This document shows, piece by piece, positions 24,292 through 37,793 of a DNA stretch of 64,000 bases (position 1 is the first letter of the stretch; every line of letters begins with the position of its first letter). Source of the DNA: Lingula anatina (Eukaryota > Animalia > Brachiopoda); NCBI GenBank assembly GCA_051362555.1, contig CM120645.1, positions 9,052,001 through 9,116,000 of the forward strand, written 5' to 3'. A model generated the notes under the pieces. That model had not been told where the DNA came from. It worked only from the letters and a program-made list of their open reading frames with translations, and searched no databases. Made by a program: the position numbers and the translations under genes.

Positions 24292-27070
24292 CTAATATAT
24301 TGGAAACTCGATGTCTCGCGGTGGACCCTCTAGTGTGATAAGCATAGCTGCTCCATTCTTGCTTTCATCCTCAACCAGGTCTATGAATACATCAGCCACT
24401 GCAGATGGCCTAAGTAGAAAAAATACATATAAGAAGCATAAAAAGCAGTCCTGTATGATAGCTTACAAATAAAAAACTTATATTAAAATACAGCCAAAAG
24501 CTACTAGTTAGAATCTTTTTCTCAATAATGTCTTCATGTGCATATTAACATTGTTACAAGATTGAAACGAGATACTGGATGCCAATAAACGATTTGGAAA
24601 GCAGCGACTTGATTCATTTTTTATATATCAAACAATACGATTTCAAAACTGTATTGCTTGCTAACGACATTAGATTGTTCGTGTTCCATTTCCAAAAGTC
24701 GGGTTCTTTAAAACCAACCACGTGTCATAAAGCAAACCTTCACGCACGACATGTACGCGTACAGTATACCATCAAAAGCGTAATGGATGAATATAAATGT
24801 GTAGATTCGGAAAACCCTGTGAAACACGCCAACAGCACAACGTGACACATACTTAAGTGGTTTGTTCACTACATCTTTGACCTCCTCATAAGAGAGAATG
24901 AACCCATCCTTTTCGCCTTCTTCGGAAAGATGGCTCAGCAGGGAGGTATCAACCATTCCAGGACATAGGCAAACCATTCGAACCTTGTGCAAATCATAGT
25001 CTTGGCTCAACTATGAAAATTAAAGTTTATATCAAAACAAAGATATGCAATACTTCTCTAAACAATTTTGTAATATGACACTTGAAGTGGTTTCGTGTGT
25101 GTTTAGGTGTTTACTACGCGCTTGTTCAACAGGATTTTTCGCCCCATATATAATAATGTTAAATAAAATAACTTACAGCAAAAGACCTTGTGAATCCAAC
25201 AACGCCATATTTTGAAGCACAATAGGCCGGGCATGTGGCAAAGGGCATAAGACCTAAAAAGGTCAAAAGATCAAGATTCAACTTTAACGTTTTCCAATTC
25301 CAAATATTGTTCATTTGGCAGATAGCGTATAAGCCTGGTTTAATATCTGAGTAAGAAATGTTGTAAAAACTTATACTCGCACAACATCGATATGCCAACC
25401 TCTCAAAATTTGTTTAATCAGTTTAATGTCATTATATACGTTATAATAGCCATATGTGTATCATTACCAGCATATGAAGCCGTATTGACAATGACCCCAC
25501 TGCTGCCACCTTTATCAGCTCTCATGTATCTCATGGCAACTGCTGCTACACGCATCACTCCACACTGGTATCATAAAAGCGTGGTCATTGGAAAACATGG
25601 GATTATATATTAATAGAGGACAATGCAATTACATACTTTGCATAAGTACTGAACTCCCCAGCAATGGGTAGAGCACTATTAAACTTGCGTGCTCGCCCGC
25701 GCGCGCGCGTGTGTGTACAAAAAAATCAAACCATTATGCGACAAACCCTATTAAAGCTCAAGTATTTTTGTTGATAAGACTGATAGTATTTTAGAAAACT
25801 CACCAAATTCAAGTTGATTGTACCTATCGGATCATTTTCCATCATGGCGCCTGCGTTATTACCAATGATATCCAGTCGGCCATATGTATATTTTGCTTTT
25901 CCTAACGCATCTGAATAAGACCCCATTCCCAGAGATTAGATCGATCCAAACTAGATCGACCTAGCTCCCTGGGGGTTCACGCTAAATAGCTGTCAGCCGA
26001 GCAGGCACGAAAGTTAATTACCCCCTTACAGCTTGTAGTAGGCGGGGCGTACATTTAAGCGGGATTATCTGACAGTAATCTAGTGAGACTCCCCACGGGG
26101 ATAGATCGATCTAAATGTCTGGGAATACGCCCTAAGAAATTGCTACTAAACAAGCACTCAGTTCTTGGGCGCTCTATTGTACCTTAGTGATGCAATATCA
26201 TTAAGCAAATGATAATACATTATCGTACCAAAGCAACGGGCCTTAGTGTCTCAATTATAATAAAACCTTGTTAAAATATCGGTCGTGCCCTCACGCCAAA
26301 GCTGCAGTGTTTGTAATTAACAGTGCAAACACAATATTTTTTCTTTTAGGAATTCAAAACACATTTATACGCTTTGCAAGTCAAATCCATAAATACCTTC
26401 CACACTTTCTTGATTCGTCACGTCACATTCAATGAAGGTGATGTTATCAGCATACTCAGTGGCAAGCTCTGACGCTGTCAACTTCCCCTTTGCAGCGTCG
26501 ATATCCGCTATAATAACCTGAGAATAGAAGTGAGCCCTGTTGATGAAGATGTTTTATAAAGCTTTCAGCAGTAATTTATTTGTGTGATGTATCTTGGAAC
26601 CGAAATAGATCAAGGAATAATCAAACGCCACACTTTGTGGACCTTTCTGTAACCCAGCCTCTTTTAAAACCTTAGAGGAAGCTTCCGGTATTGTAGAAAA
26701 CAAGTTTTGATCTAACCTCATGCTGGGACTTTAACGCAGAGACTTGTCAAAGCAATCGCCTCTATGCTGACTTTTTAGGGTCAAGGCGCATTAGGAAAAC
26801 ACATTACGAATGGGGTTGTGGCTTTGGTTCAGTGTAACCAATGTTCAGTAATGCCTCCAGACGTCTGGCATTAAACATTTAAAGTCACCAATCGCGTACT
26901 GGTCGTAAATTAAATCAGCTTAGAACGGTTACTTTAAAAGTTACATGTCCAACATGATGTAAATGCCATCTCCTCACCTTAGCCCCCTTTTGCAGCAGTG
27001 CCTCACATATAGCGCGTCCTATTCCCTGTGCTCCGCCAGTAACAAATGCCACTTTGTCCTGGATTATCAT
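24292..27070 (-). CDS. HPGD: HPGD-like SDR, copy 5 (reading frame intact)
   Basis: Exons 27070-26978, 26517-26397, 25910-25804, 25564-25468, 25253-25177, 25010-24853, 24409-24292. [12 protein letters not shown]; exon 6 is one codon shorter; ends FPIY-TAG. Confidence 0.9.
25919..26132. mobile_element. Harbinger-like MITE family A, copy next to the exon 3 acceptor of HPGD copy 5
   Basis: TAA TSD; ends GACCCCATTCCCAGAGATTAGATCGATC / GATCGATCTAAATGTCTGGGAATACGCCC. Paralogs show the empty site ctgaa(c/g)aagaaattgc. Confidence 0.88.
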
Positions 27071-27937
27071 ATCGTCTTGATCTTCAGTGTCTCGAAGTTT
27101 TCAATCCTCTTTTCGTCTGCAGAGAATGGTTCCTTTCCTCGAACTGCAAAAACATGTGGACTATGCCTACGCTTCAGGGGTAACTCGAGAAAGCAAATCG
27201 CCAAAAAAAACTCATTGTGATATTCATGGAAGCGTTAAAAGAACTGTAAAGCACATCACTGGATAATATTATTTTGAGATAAATAAAAGCAAAAAGCATT
27301 AAAAATGCATTCTCACTTAAGGCTTAAAAGAGTTAAAAGTGTACAAAAACCTATTTATGCTGTACGGTACAGTTGTACGTACTTACTCTTCCTTCGAAGC
27401 ATGGATATGCTCCTGTTAAACTATGGTTGGCATATCGAATATTTGACTAAATGTTTCTCAAGTTTCAAGGGTCACGCATCAAGTTACACGCACATGGCCT
27501 ATGTTGAATATCAACAGACATTGTGCTAAGTAAAGGACTGTTGCGTCCATTGCATTAGAGAAGCCCAAGCCAGAAATTGTGAATGTATTATTATTAGGCC
27601 CCTACGGCTGAGCTGAGGTATTTCAAAACAAACCACGTTTTGTATATTCAATGTCTTTAAGTGAACATAGTTTTATTTCTTGGACCTTCACACTTCCATT
27701 TACAATATTTATGGTAATCTCACTGGATTATACTACAGAAATGGAGTTCTAATAGAGCTGGAAGTACCATTCTGATCATACAGTAAAACACATTGCTGCC
27801 AAAGTGTAAGATTTAGATTTTTCAAGGCGTTTAAACATTTCCTATTACATCGTGTGCCCCAGTGATCCTGAGAAACCACACCGTAGACCAGTACAAAGAA
27901 AACCAGGAAGCTGATTGCCGTAGTCTTTATATAATTA

Positions 27938-30900
27938 CTAATATATTGGAAACTCGATGTCTCGCGGTGGACCCTCTACAGTGATAAGCATAGCCGCTCC
28001 ATTCTTGCTTTCATTCTCAACCAGGTCTATGAATACATCAGCCACTGCAGATGGCCTAGGTGAAAAAAACATATATAATTAAAGTAATATAAAAATCATC
28101 TGACCCTTTATGATACACAATAAATAAAAATGTCATCGTATTAAAACAATCAGGTTCCGCTAGTTACCAAGTCCTCATCATCGGCCTCAGTCGTTGTCAT
28201 ATGATTATTAAATAAAGAGATATCTTGAAGGGGAAGATACGTACTGATCTAATAAACAGCAATTTGATCAATATGTTCCACACAATGTCATTTCAAAACT
28301 GCTGTTTAATATCGACTCTAGTTCATTGGTGGTAGATGGCGGTAGTTTTAACAAACAAAGCACATCATCTTTAACAGTTATCTGACAACTTAAAACAAGG
28401 CCATTGCATTGTCAGGGACGCAACAATTAAACGTTAATGTATACATGATGGCAAAAAAAAATTAGACAGGCACAAGTACAGCAGAGGTGTTATACACACT
28501 GTGTACAACGTAACGCATACTTAAGCTGGGGCAGATTCGCGGCGTATCTAAACCGATCAAAATTTAGAACTCTTCCTTCCTTGCCGTCTTCATCTAAGAC
28601 GCCTTGTATCATGGGGGTGTCAACCATACCTGGACAAAGGCAGTTCATTCGCACTTTGTGTAAATCGAAGTCGGGATTCATCTGTGCAGAAAAGAAATAC
28701 TGATAAATTATTACACATGTGCATGTATAAAGTGCCTCTCTAAGCATGCATTGCTCGCGTTTTAAGCTAATACGTGCAACATCGATTTTTCTTAAATCTA
28801 CGAAGAAACTCGATATTTCAGATAAGTTTACAATTACTTTGAAATTATGCTCTGGCGATCGGAAGGCACTCATATTGAATTCTGTAAAATACGATAACTT
28901 ACAGCAAAGGATCTTGTGAATCCAATGACGCCAGACTTAGAGGCACAATAAGCGGGACAATTATAAGAGGGCTTAACGCCTGAAAAGATTAAAAAATAAA
29001 GGTTCAAAGTCGATCGGTATATGTTTAACGCTTTTAGCAAATTACCCAATAGGCAGATAGCGTAAGATTGCTTAAAACATTCATCAATATGCCAAACTTC
29101 GAAATTGTGCTAAATTGATTCATTATCATTATAGTTCGTCATCAAAAACATAAGGTCCTAATAAACATATATACATTACCAGTCAACGAAGCCGTATTAA
29201 TAATGATCCCACCGCTGCCACCTTTATCAGCTCTCATGTAACTCATGGCAACTGCTGCTACCCGTATCACTCCGCACTACAGCATCACACAGTCAAAGCA
29301 CGGCCAATGGAATTCATGAAATTGGATTATTTATTTATTTGTTTATTTATTATGAAATCTTAAAAAAAATCCCAAGACAATAATTCGCAGCCAAATATTA
29401 AGCGCACATGATTATAACCTTAAGAATATCGTTTCCAAAAACTAGACCAAAAATGACCGAGCATCCATTGAAAACCACGCTGAAGTCCACAGTATATAAT
29501 GTAGTGCGGTATATAAGAACTGGACTTTTTTATTCCCAGATTCCCTTCTTCACCAAGGACTGAAAAATACCTGATTTTAGGAAACTCACCAAATTCAAGT
29601 TGATTGTACCTATCGGATCATTTTCCATCATGGCGCCCGCGTTATTACTAATGATATCCAGTCGGCCATATGTATCTTTTGCTTTTCCTAAGGTATCTGA
29701 ACAAGAAATTACAACTCAAAAAGTAAATAAATAAATAACAAGCTTTTGGGTGCTGTATTTAATGTCAATAGTTTAACATTATTAAATAAATAATACGTTT
29801 TCGTACCAGAGCAACGGATCTTGGTGTCTCAGTTATTATAAAACCTTGCTAAAATATCGGTCGTGCCAAAGTTGCAGTACTTGTAATTTCATACATGTAA
29901 TTTGGCCTAAGATTGTTTTTTGAAAAATGATACAATTAATGAATGCCATAAACACGTTAAAGTCTTAACGTTATAAATTCAAAACAGATTTAGTATTTAG
30001 TATGACATGCAACTCAAATTCATGAATACCTTCCACACTTTCTTGATTCGTCACGTCACATTCAATGAAGGTGACGTTATCGGCATACTCAGTGGCAAGC
30101 TCTGACGTCGTCGACGTCCCCTTTGCAGCGTCGGTATCAGCTATAATAACCTGAGAATAGAAGTGGGCCCTGTTGAAGAACACGTTTATGCACAGGTGTC
30201 TGCAGTGATACGTTCAAATGATATTTTGAATCTGTAACAGATCATAGGCAGACGCTGCTGTGTACTTCTTCTCTACGCTGGTCTTTTTTAACCTGAGCGT
30301 AAGGTTCCGATTCTGTAGAGGGCATACACTGTACGGCTTTGGTGTAAATTATTTTGATTTAACCTCAATCAGAGTAATGAACGAAGAGACAGCCTTAAGT
30401 TCTACGTTAATGGCAATCTTTTTGTTATGACGGGCTGTCCCTAATTTTAGCAGACAACTCGACAAAGGAGAACCGAATTTGACTCGCTAAACTGCTTTCA
30501 GTTTAAGCTGCTAAAATGTCTGGCACGACTACAGAAACTGCTAAACGTTACTTTATTACCCCCTAGCAGCTTCAGTAGGCGTGACTGACATCTAAGCCTC
30601 TTAAGTTGATAGCAATTTAGCGAGAATCCCCTTGGGTCCCAGTTCGATGTAAGCAATGTTTAATAACACCTCCTGACTTCAAATATATAAGACACCTTGA
30701 TAAGCCATTTAGCTCACCAACTAGTCCGGTTGCTTAGAGCAAAAAAATGGCCAAATCGTGACACGGCGGATAAAAGCACCAAATTTTGCATGTGGGTACC
30801 TTTTGACATACTAAATCAAATTAGAGCCGTAGCCCACGAAAAAAATTTCCGTTGGGCCAAAAAATCCAAAATGGCCGCCAATTTGTGAAATTCTGTAGAA

Positions 30901-33587
30901 ATATATACATACGTATGTTGATTTTTATCAAATTGAGTATTTTCTCAATGTTTTCCACATCCTTATTACCCATATTATGCATATGTGTCAGATAACAAAG
31001 TAGTGTCCTTGGACTTTTTGAAAAATCCAAGATGGCCGCCATATGGCATAGGAATATTAGATCTTGTACACAGGTTTTCAACTAACTAATGCCAACTAGG
31101 AAGATGCATTGCCCACTATCTAATTGTTTCTTATTACACAAATAATATATTTGTGGTGAGTAACTAACCTTTATTCTCAGGCATTTCGAGAAAAATCCAA
31201 GATGGCCGCCATATCAAAAGAATACTAGTATACACAAAGGGCTTCTTCTGCCATGGAGATATAATATTAATTGTTAAATTAGGTTTGTTTCTGAGTATTT
31301 TCCACATCTTTTTAATTCACATAATATATATATGATGAGAATGTTATGTGTAACCTTTTTGAAAAAAAAAAACAAAACAAAATGGCTGCCATTAGCCATA
31401 GAAGGTGGGGTTCAGTTAATACCTGCGGGAGATAGGCTTACATATAAAATGAAGCTGAATTCAGTTGTTATTCTGTTTTTTTAGTATTATTATCCCTTGA
31501 TACAAATCTGTTAGGTAATTAATGTCCATATTTTATCATTTTGAGGAAATCCAAGATGGCCTTCTTTTCCCCATAGGAAAACTGGTGCATTAGATTTTAT
31601 AGGCACTTCTAAGGCAAATGAGGGTAATCATGATATTTTGTCAAAATACTTAAGGGTATACACTTGTTACCCACCAGATAGATATCTCAAAGTTCAAAAA
31701 GAATGTGGGAAATACCGAGAAACAAAATTAATTTTACATTGAACCCAATGTCTCTCTGGCAGTAGTTGAATGTGCTATTCCTATTATGAATTTTCTCAAA
31801 TGCGCAAGATGCACACTTGCTACACACCAGATTTATATAGAGTAAGGTTAATAAGGATGTCAACATGTTTGAACATCAAACGGCTTTATTTTATGTTGGA
31901 ATTAATGCCTGAACTGTTCCATTAATTGACACCTATTTGCATTTGAATGATATATTCCTATGACAACTGGCAGCTATCTTGGGTTTTCTCTGAATAATAC
32001 TCAAGGATACATACACTTTCTACACACACGGAGTCTTTCATAAGGATAAATAGGATATACAAACATTTAAAAATGATCTAAATTTAACTACATTTAAATT
32101 GTACTCATTGTATCTCTGGCATTACTTGATTATGTGTTCGAATATTCTAATGACAAAAGGCAGACATCTTGAATTATTTCCAGAATACCCAAAGATACAC
32201 ACATACTACAGACCAGGTATACATCATAGGAGTAATAATAAATGGAATGAAAAACATAAATTATTTTTAAAACAAACCCATGGTAATGTAATTGTATAAT
32301 AAACCATATGCCTCTCTAGCAGCAATTGAAACCCACCCATTTGTATTCCTATGTCAAATTGTAGCTATCTTGGATTTTCTCAGAATATCAAAGGACGTAC
32401 ACTATTTACCCACCAGATATATATCATAGGACTAATAAGGATGGACAAAACTTGATAAGCAAACACAATTTCACCCTGGTAGTAGATGAAAAGCCATGGA
32501 TGTGCAGTTGTAATTCCAGTAGTATTCCTATGGCCAATGACGGCCATCTTGGATTTTCTCAAAATGATCAAATATGCACATTTATTACCTGCTAGATATG
32601 TATCACAGTGTAATAATTATGTGTAAAACACTAAAGAAAATAAACTGAATTTGAAAGTGAATTAGCTGGCATTAGTTCCAATCCTTTGTAACACTAGAAG
32701 TATTCCTATGACATATGTCGGCCATCTTGGATTTTCTCAAAATGCCCAGGAATACATGTTAGTTACTCACCACATACATATTGTGTGGGTGGAAAGGATG
32801 TGGAAAACACCCAGAAACAAACTTAATTTAATAGTGGAAAATTAATCTTTCCAGTTGCCATTAGTTGAATCCCCCGTATACTAAAATTACTGTCACATGG
32901 CAGCCATCTTGGATTTTCCGAAATGCCCAAGAACACTTTGTAGTTACTCACCACAAACATATTATGTGGGTTACAAAAATCTGAGAAACAGACTTAATTT
33001 GATAGTGGACAACGTATCTTTCTAGCTGGTATTAGTTGTGCACTAGTAGGCCCCTATTCCTATGGCTGTTTCTATGGCATATGACAGCCATCTTGGATTT
33101 TTTCAAAAAGTCCAAGGGAATTTGTTTGCTACCTGACATATATGAATAAAATGGGTAATAAGGGTGTGGAAAACTCTGAGAAAATAATTTATTTGATAAA
33201 AATCAACATAGGTATGTACACATTTCTAAAGAATTCCATAAATTGGCGGCCATTTTGGATTTTTTGGCCAAACGGTAATTTTTTTCCGTGGGCTACGGCT
33301 CTAATTTGATTTAGTATGTCAAAAGGTACCCACATGCAAAATTTAGTGCTTTTATCCGCCGTGTCACGATTTTTTCCTTAAGCCACCGGACTAAACTGCA
33401 TGCTGGCTGAGGAAAAGAAGTGCTAATGTAAAAACCAGTAGCATATGTGGTTCCCACACAAGTTTCATATGGTAAGTAGGTCACGGTCCCTCACCTTGGC
33501 TCCTTTTTTCAGCAGTGCCTCACATATAGCACGTCCTATTCCCTGTGCCCCACCAGTTACAAACGCCACTTTGTCCTGGATTATCAT
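27938..33587 (-). CDS. HPGD: HPGD-like SDR, copy 6 (intact)
   Basis: Exons 33587-33495, 30150-30030, 29696-29590, 29276-29180, 28979-28903, 28681-28521, 28055-27938. [12 protein letters not shown]. Intron 1 is expanded by a 2.67-kb transposon. Confidence 0.9.
30722..33393. mobile_element. Large non-autonomous DNA transposon, Academ-like (2672 bp)
   Basis: AAC-TAGTCCGGT...ACCGGACTA-AAC (3-bp TSD, TAG...CTA termini). Long imperfect TIRs over 300 bp. Internal 160-200 bp subrepeats with CAAGATGGCCGCC-like words. No coding capacity seen. Superfamily inferred from termini only. Confidence 0.85.
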
Positions 33588-33679
33588 ACTGTCATGAACG
33601 TCAGTGCCCTGAATGTAGTTTCCAGCCCTGCTCTTTTATCTGTAGAATACTGCCCTTCAGTAATGAGAAGCATATGTAA

Positions 33680-33893
33680 GACCCCACTCCCAGAGATTAG
33701 ATCGATCCAACCTAGATCGACCTAATTCCCTGGGGGTTCACGCTAAATAGCTGTCAACCTAGCAGGCACGAAAGGTAATTACCCCCTTACAGCTTGTAGT
33801 AGGCGGGACGGACATTTAAGCCGATTATCTGAAAGTGATCTAGTGAGACTCCCCACGGGGATAGATCGATCTAAAATCTATGGGAATACGCCC
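33680..33893. mobile_element. Harbinger-like MITE family A, about 90 bp upstream of copy 6 ATG
   Basis: Near-identical to 25919-26132; TAA TSD. Confidence 0.88.
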
Positions 33894-35160
33894 TAAGATG
33901 ATTACGCTGGCTGGCGCAATAAGGTGATTGCTGCAAGCTAAATGGGATACAAAAGTGTTAATACCACTATTCAGCTCGTCATTGGATGATATATATTGAG
34001 TATTGCACACAGAGCTACATACGGGACTTAACATGTATGCGTAAACACGTTATTCATATTGTTTACTGTTACGTAAACTTAAAGTAATTTAAAGTAAAAG
34101 TTATGTTTTTTACACAAACTCTTTTTATACTGGTTTAGTACACATAGCAATAGCAAACAGAAATATGTCTGTGATATTTTCACCGTTCGCCCTCTAAATT
34201 ACCAAAATTGTTGGAGATGGGGGGGGGGGTCGGCTTCACATCCGCGCCCCCCCCCCCCCCCCCCAAAATAATCCTGGATCTGCCCCTGGAGCGGGGGATG
34301 GGGACGGCAGGTACCGGTTATGAAGAAATGGGACGTCGCCGGCCAGAGTCGAACTCACGTCCTTTCTATCCAGAGGTATTCGCACACGCGTATGCAGGCC
34401 TCATAACACTGTCTATCCTGTGAAATTAAACTAGGCAACAAAAACTCCGAAACATTTGACTAAATATGCTATTGCCACTGTGGACTTTAGAGGTATTATC
34501 ATACAACGTATTGTCTAACAAGCGACTTGTTGCCTGTATATTTTCACTGAGCAACAGAGGGGAAAATAAAAATATGATACAAAAAACGTAACTGTCAAAA
34601 AATTTCAAATGATTGAATGGTTTTCGGCATTTTCTATGATTTATAAGCCTAGCTTTGTTATAAATATACCATTAATTTCAGTTTCTCTGAACACTCTTGG
34701 AAAGAAAGCAAAATGGCGACAATTCAGACCCACTGTACGGAAATTTTTTTCAAAATCTTCATGGGAACTATAACAGCAAGGCAATACAGCAACATATCAA
34801 AATTAAAATAAGTGAAGGGCTAACAGGGTAGGAATGGTAGTTGGGAAACAAAGATAGTCGGTCTTAAAGCAATAGTAAATACCCCAAAAATTGTCTATCA
34901 TTCATGATAAAGCATAGCAATTAAATAATATAATTATGTGTTTATAGTGTAGATGTCATTTAGATTATGTATATGCAAAAAACATATTCTACTGCCATTA
35001 CAGATTATTGTTACCGATTACAAGGTTTATTCTTTAGGTGCTTGTAAGGTGTATTGTTTTCAAAAACAGAGATTTAACCAATTCAGTAACAACATTTTTA
35101 TTGCAGCGCCCTTTCTAAATTGTCAATTTGAATGACATAGTTAACAAGGATAAAGCACCG

Positions 35161-35332
35161 TCTCGTGTCAAACCCTTCTACGCCGTGAAATGTAACAACT
35201 CTGAGCCAGTCGTGAAGACCATTGCGGCATCCGGGGCGGGATTTTACTGCGCCAGCAGCGCTAAATTCCAGCAGGTTCTAAACCATTATATACACGTATG
35301 CCCATCCCTGCAAAGATCCCAAAGACATCAAT
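35161..35332 (+). pseudogene. Ornithine decarboxylase-like gene fragment
   Basis: SRVKPFYAVKCNNSEPVVKTIAASGAGFYCASSAKFQQVL contains the PFYAVKCN PLP-lysine motif and a decayed GFDCAS. After a frameshift/deletion, IIYTYAHPCKDPKDI corresponds to IIYANPCK. No other ODC segments found. Confidence 0.8.
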
Positions 35333-35479
35333 CGAGTTCTGGTTGCTTTCATATAAGTTCCACTGCAGAGCAAAGTTGCTGGTGTCGGTTTCTCATAAAG
35401 GCTACATTTGCCAACAATTGCATAAACAATTACCAAAATTATATTTCAATGCCGTTTTAGAACTGGTTGATTATAAAAG

Positions 35480-37793
35480 TTAAATATTCTGATCTCTGGT
35501 CTGGGAAAGCGCGTCCTGTAGCTCGTGTCTGTATTCATCCAAAGCTAAATACGACGTTAGAGATCTAGGCAAACTGAGATTACTGAACTTGCTTCCAAGA
35601 AATTCGTTTTTCTTTTTCACACGGGCAAGGCTCCCTCGTAAAACTCTGCGGCAGGCATTTTTCAAAGTACGTGGTTGAAAAATAATAGACCGCAGCGCTT
35701 CCCTCATCTCAACGGAAATGCCAATTTCGTTGCTTTCGTGAATCGAACCTTGCAAATAGAATTCTTTTTTTGAACACCCGCTATCATATAATAATTTCAC
35801 ATTTCTGACATCGTTCTGGTTTATTAAAGAGTATATATAAGAATTGACGTAGTGTGAGCGAGAATAAACGTGTCCTTTTGACTTCTCTAGTTCACAACCA
35901 GCTTTCAATAGTAATGTAATAACGTCCTGTTGCTGGTTCAGCACCGCCATATCTAACGCGCTAGAAGCCTCGTTATCAAGTATTTCAAGGTCACAACCTC
36001 CTGGAATTGAAATAAGAATGCACATTTAAAACGCACCTAATGGTAGTTTCATACTGAAAACATATTACGTTTGTTTTTAATATAAATCTCATATAAAAAG
36101 AGCAGACCAAAAGCAATGTCTAGTTATCATGCAATTTAAGCGTTATCTATTTCTTTTATACAGAAACAATCAACATACGATTATGTCTTCGTTGCACAAA
36201 TTCTTATATACACAGATTTACTCTTCCTTAAAAACGCACGTTTGGTGAGAAAATCCACTATTTCCAGTCTTCCCCGATAGACGGCGTGCATGAGCGGGGT
36301 CAGCCCGCCACAATCCGGAGCATTCAAATCCACGCGTAGCTGCTCAACTAGGACGGTTGCCAGATCTACAGGAGAAATGACACATAATGTTGTTGGAGTA
36401 AAATATTAAGTTTATGCTAATGTCACAAAGTAAAGACATTTATCAACAGATGTTCATTTCATTATGTAAAACACAACTTAATGTGATGATGTGTAAGAAA
36501 ACATTACAATTAAGGTTGCCTGCAAAACAGACAAAATGTCTATAATCTATCGTTCTTTAGGGAAGCACACATAATGACGCTGGATCGCAGATAAGTAGAT
36601 TGATGCTTGGTTGTGTAGTTTTGTTAAAAAGAGTGATTTGGGCGTGTTGCAATTCTTATGTGAGGCGCGTGTATGGCTTTGGTCCTTCCATTATGGAAAT
36701 CAAATGATATACTTTAAATCCTATAATGTCCTGGGGTATACAGTAGACTTGGCATTACAATATTCACACTGTAAGTCTCATTAGATCCATCTCCTAATCT
36801 CAACATTCTGGAAATAAGAAATGTCTGCCAGTTTGGATCAAAACTTTGTTTCAGTCATGAAAAGATTCAAATTTGGCAGTATTCATATGTTTAAGCCAAT
36901 GTCAAAAAAGGCAGTTCCATGAGATTTCTTTGAGATCAACCATAATTCAAGTTATAAGGTGATGAGCTACGTATGCAAAGTCTACTGATTTGTTTGGTTA
37001 AGGTTCTCGTACATACACAGATGCCCATGCTGACATGCCAAATGCAGAGGTGTTTGTTGAAATCTGTTTTCTTTGTTGGCATCGGCACCATTCTCTAATA
37101 GAACCTGTATGATATCCCTGGAGTTCTCCTTTCCAGCATCCTAAAAAATGTTTTCATACCTGTTCATTTTATGAACAAAGTAATGTAACTCATGCAGAAA
37201 AAGGCTTCGTTCACATGGAAAGTCTATTTTCTAAAAATCTATTTTCTATTCGCGGTATCTTGTAATCATGGTCCCTGTGCCCTGAATATCCGCAGCATAA
37301 TTACTGGCGGCGCGAGGCAGTTACTTCCAAAGCTGTAATTAATTCTCGCGATATTCAGGGCACAGGGACCGTGATTACAAGATACTGCAAATAGAAAACA
37401 GATTTTTAGAAAATGGACTTTCTATGTGAACGGAGTCTAAATTATCAATACTGTTTTATCACAAAACTCCCCCAAAAGAAATTGATGATCCAAAACTGAC
37501 ATTAACCTAACATTACACAAAAAGCGCAATGAGCGAAAGCTGGTGATAAATAATAATAATCACCCAATTATTTCTTTTTATCAAGTCACTTGTGTTACAG
37601 ACATAGATATTTGCAAATTATTAGCAGGACTCAACCCTTTTAAAACAGATTTTGAAATCCTTACTTTCCTTAATAATCCCTCTCTTTATACTTTTAATTG
37701 GCATATTCCCCCAAATCACGAAGATATATACCAGTAAATTGAATTTGTAAAGTAAGATTTCAATATATATTAAAGGTAAACTGGACATGAATG

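Noticed and set aside
30860-33260. Regularly spaced conserved motif as a CRISPR-like array
   Set aside because: The intervening sequences are homologous to each other, about 170 bp long, and lie inside a TIR/TSD-bounded transposon.
34330-34400. B-box-like GAGTTCGACTC on the minus strand (tRNA or SINE)
   Set aside because: No cloverleaf, A box or tail could be built.
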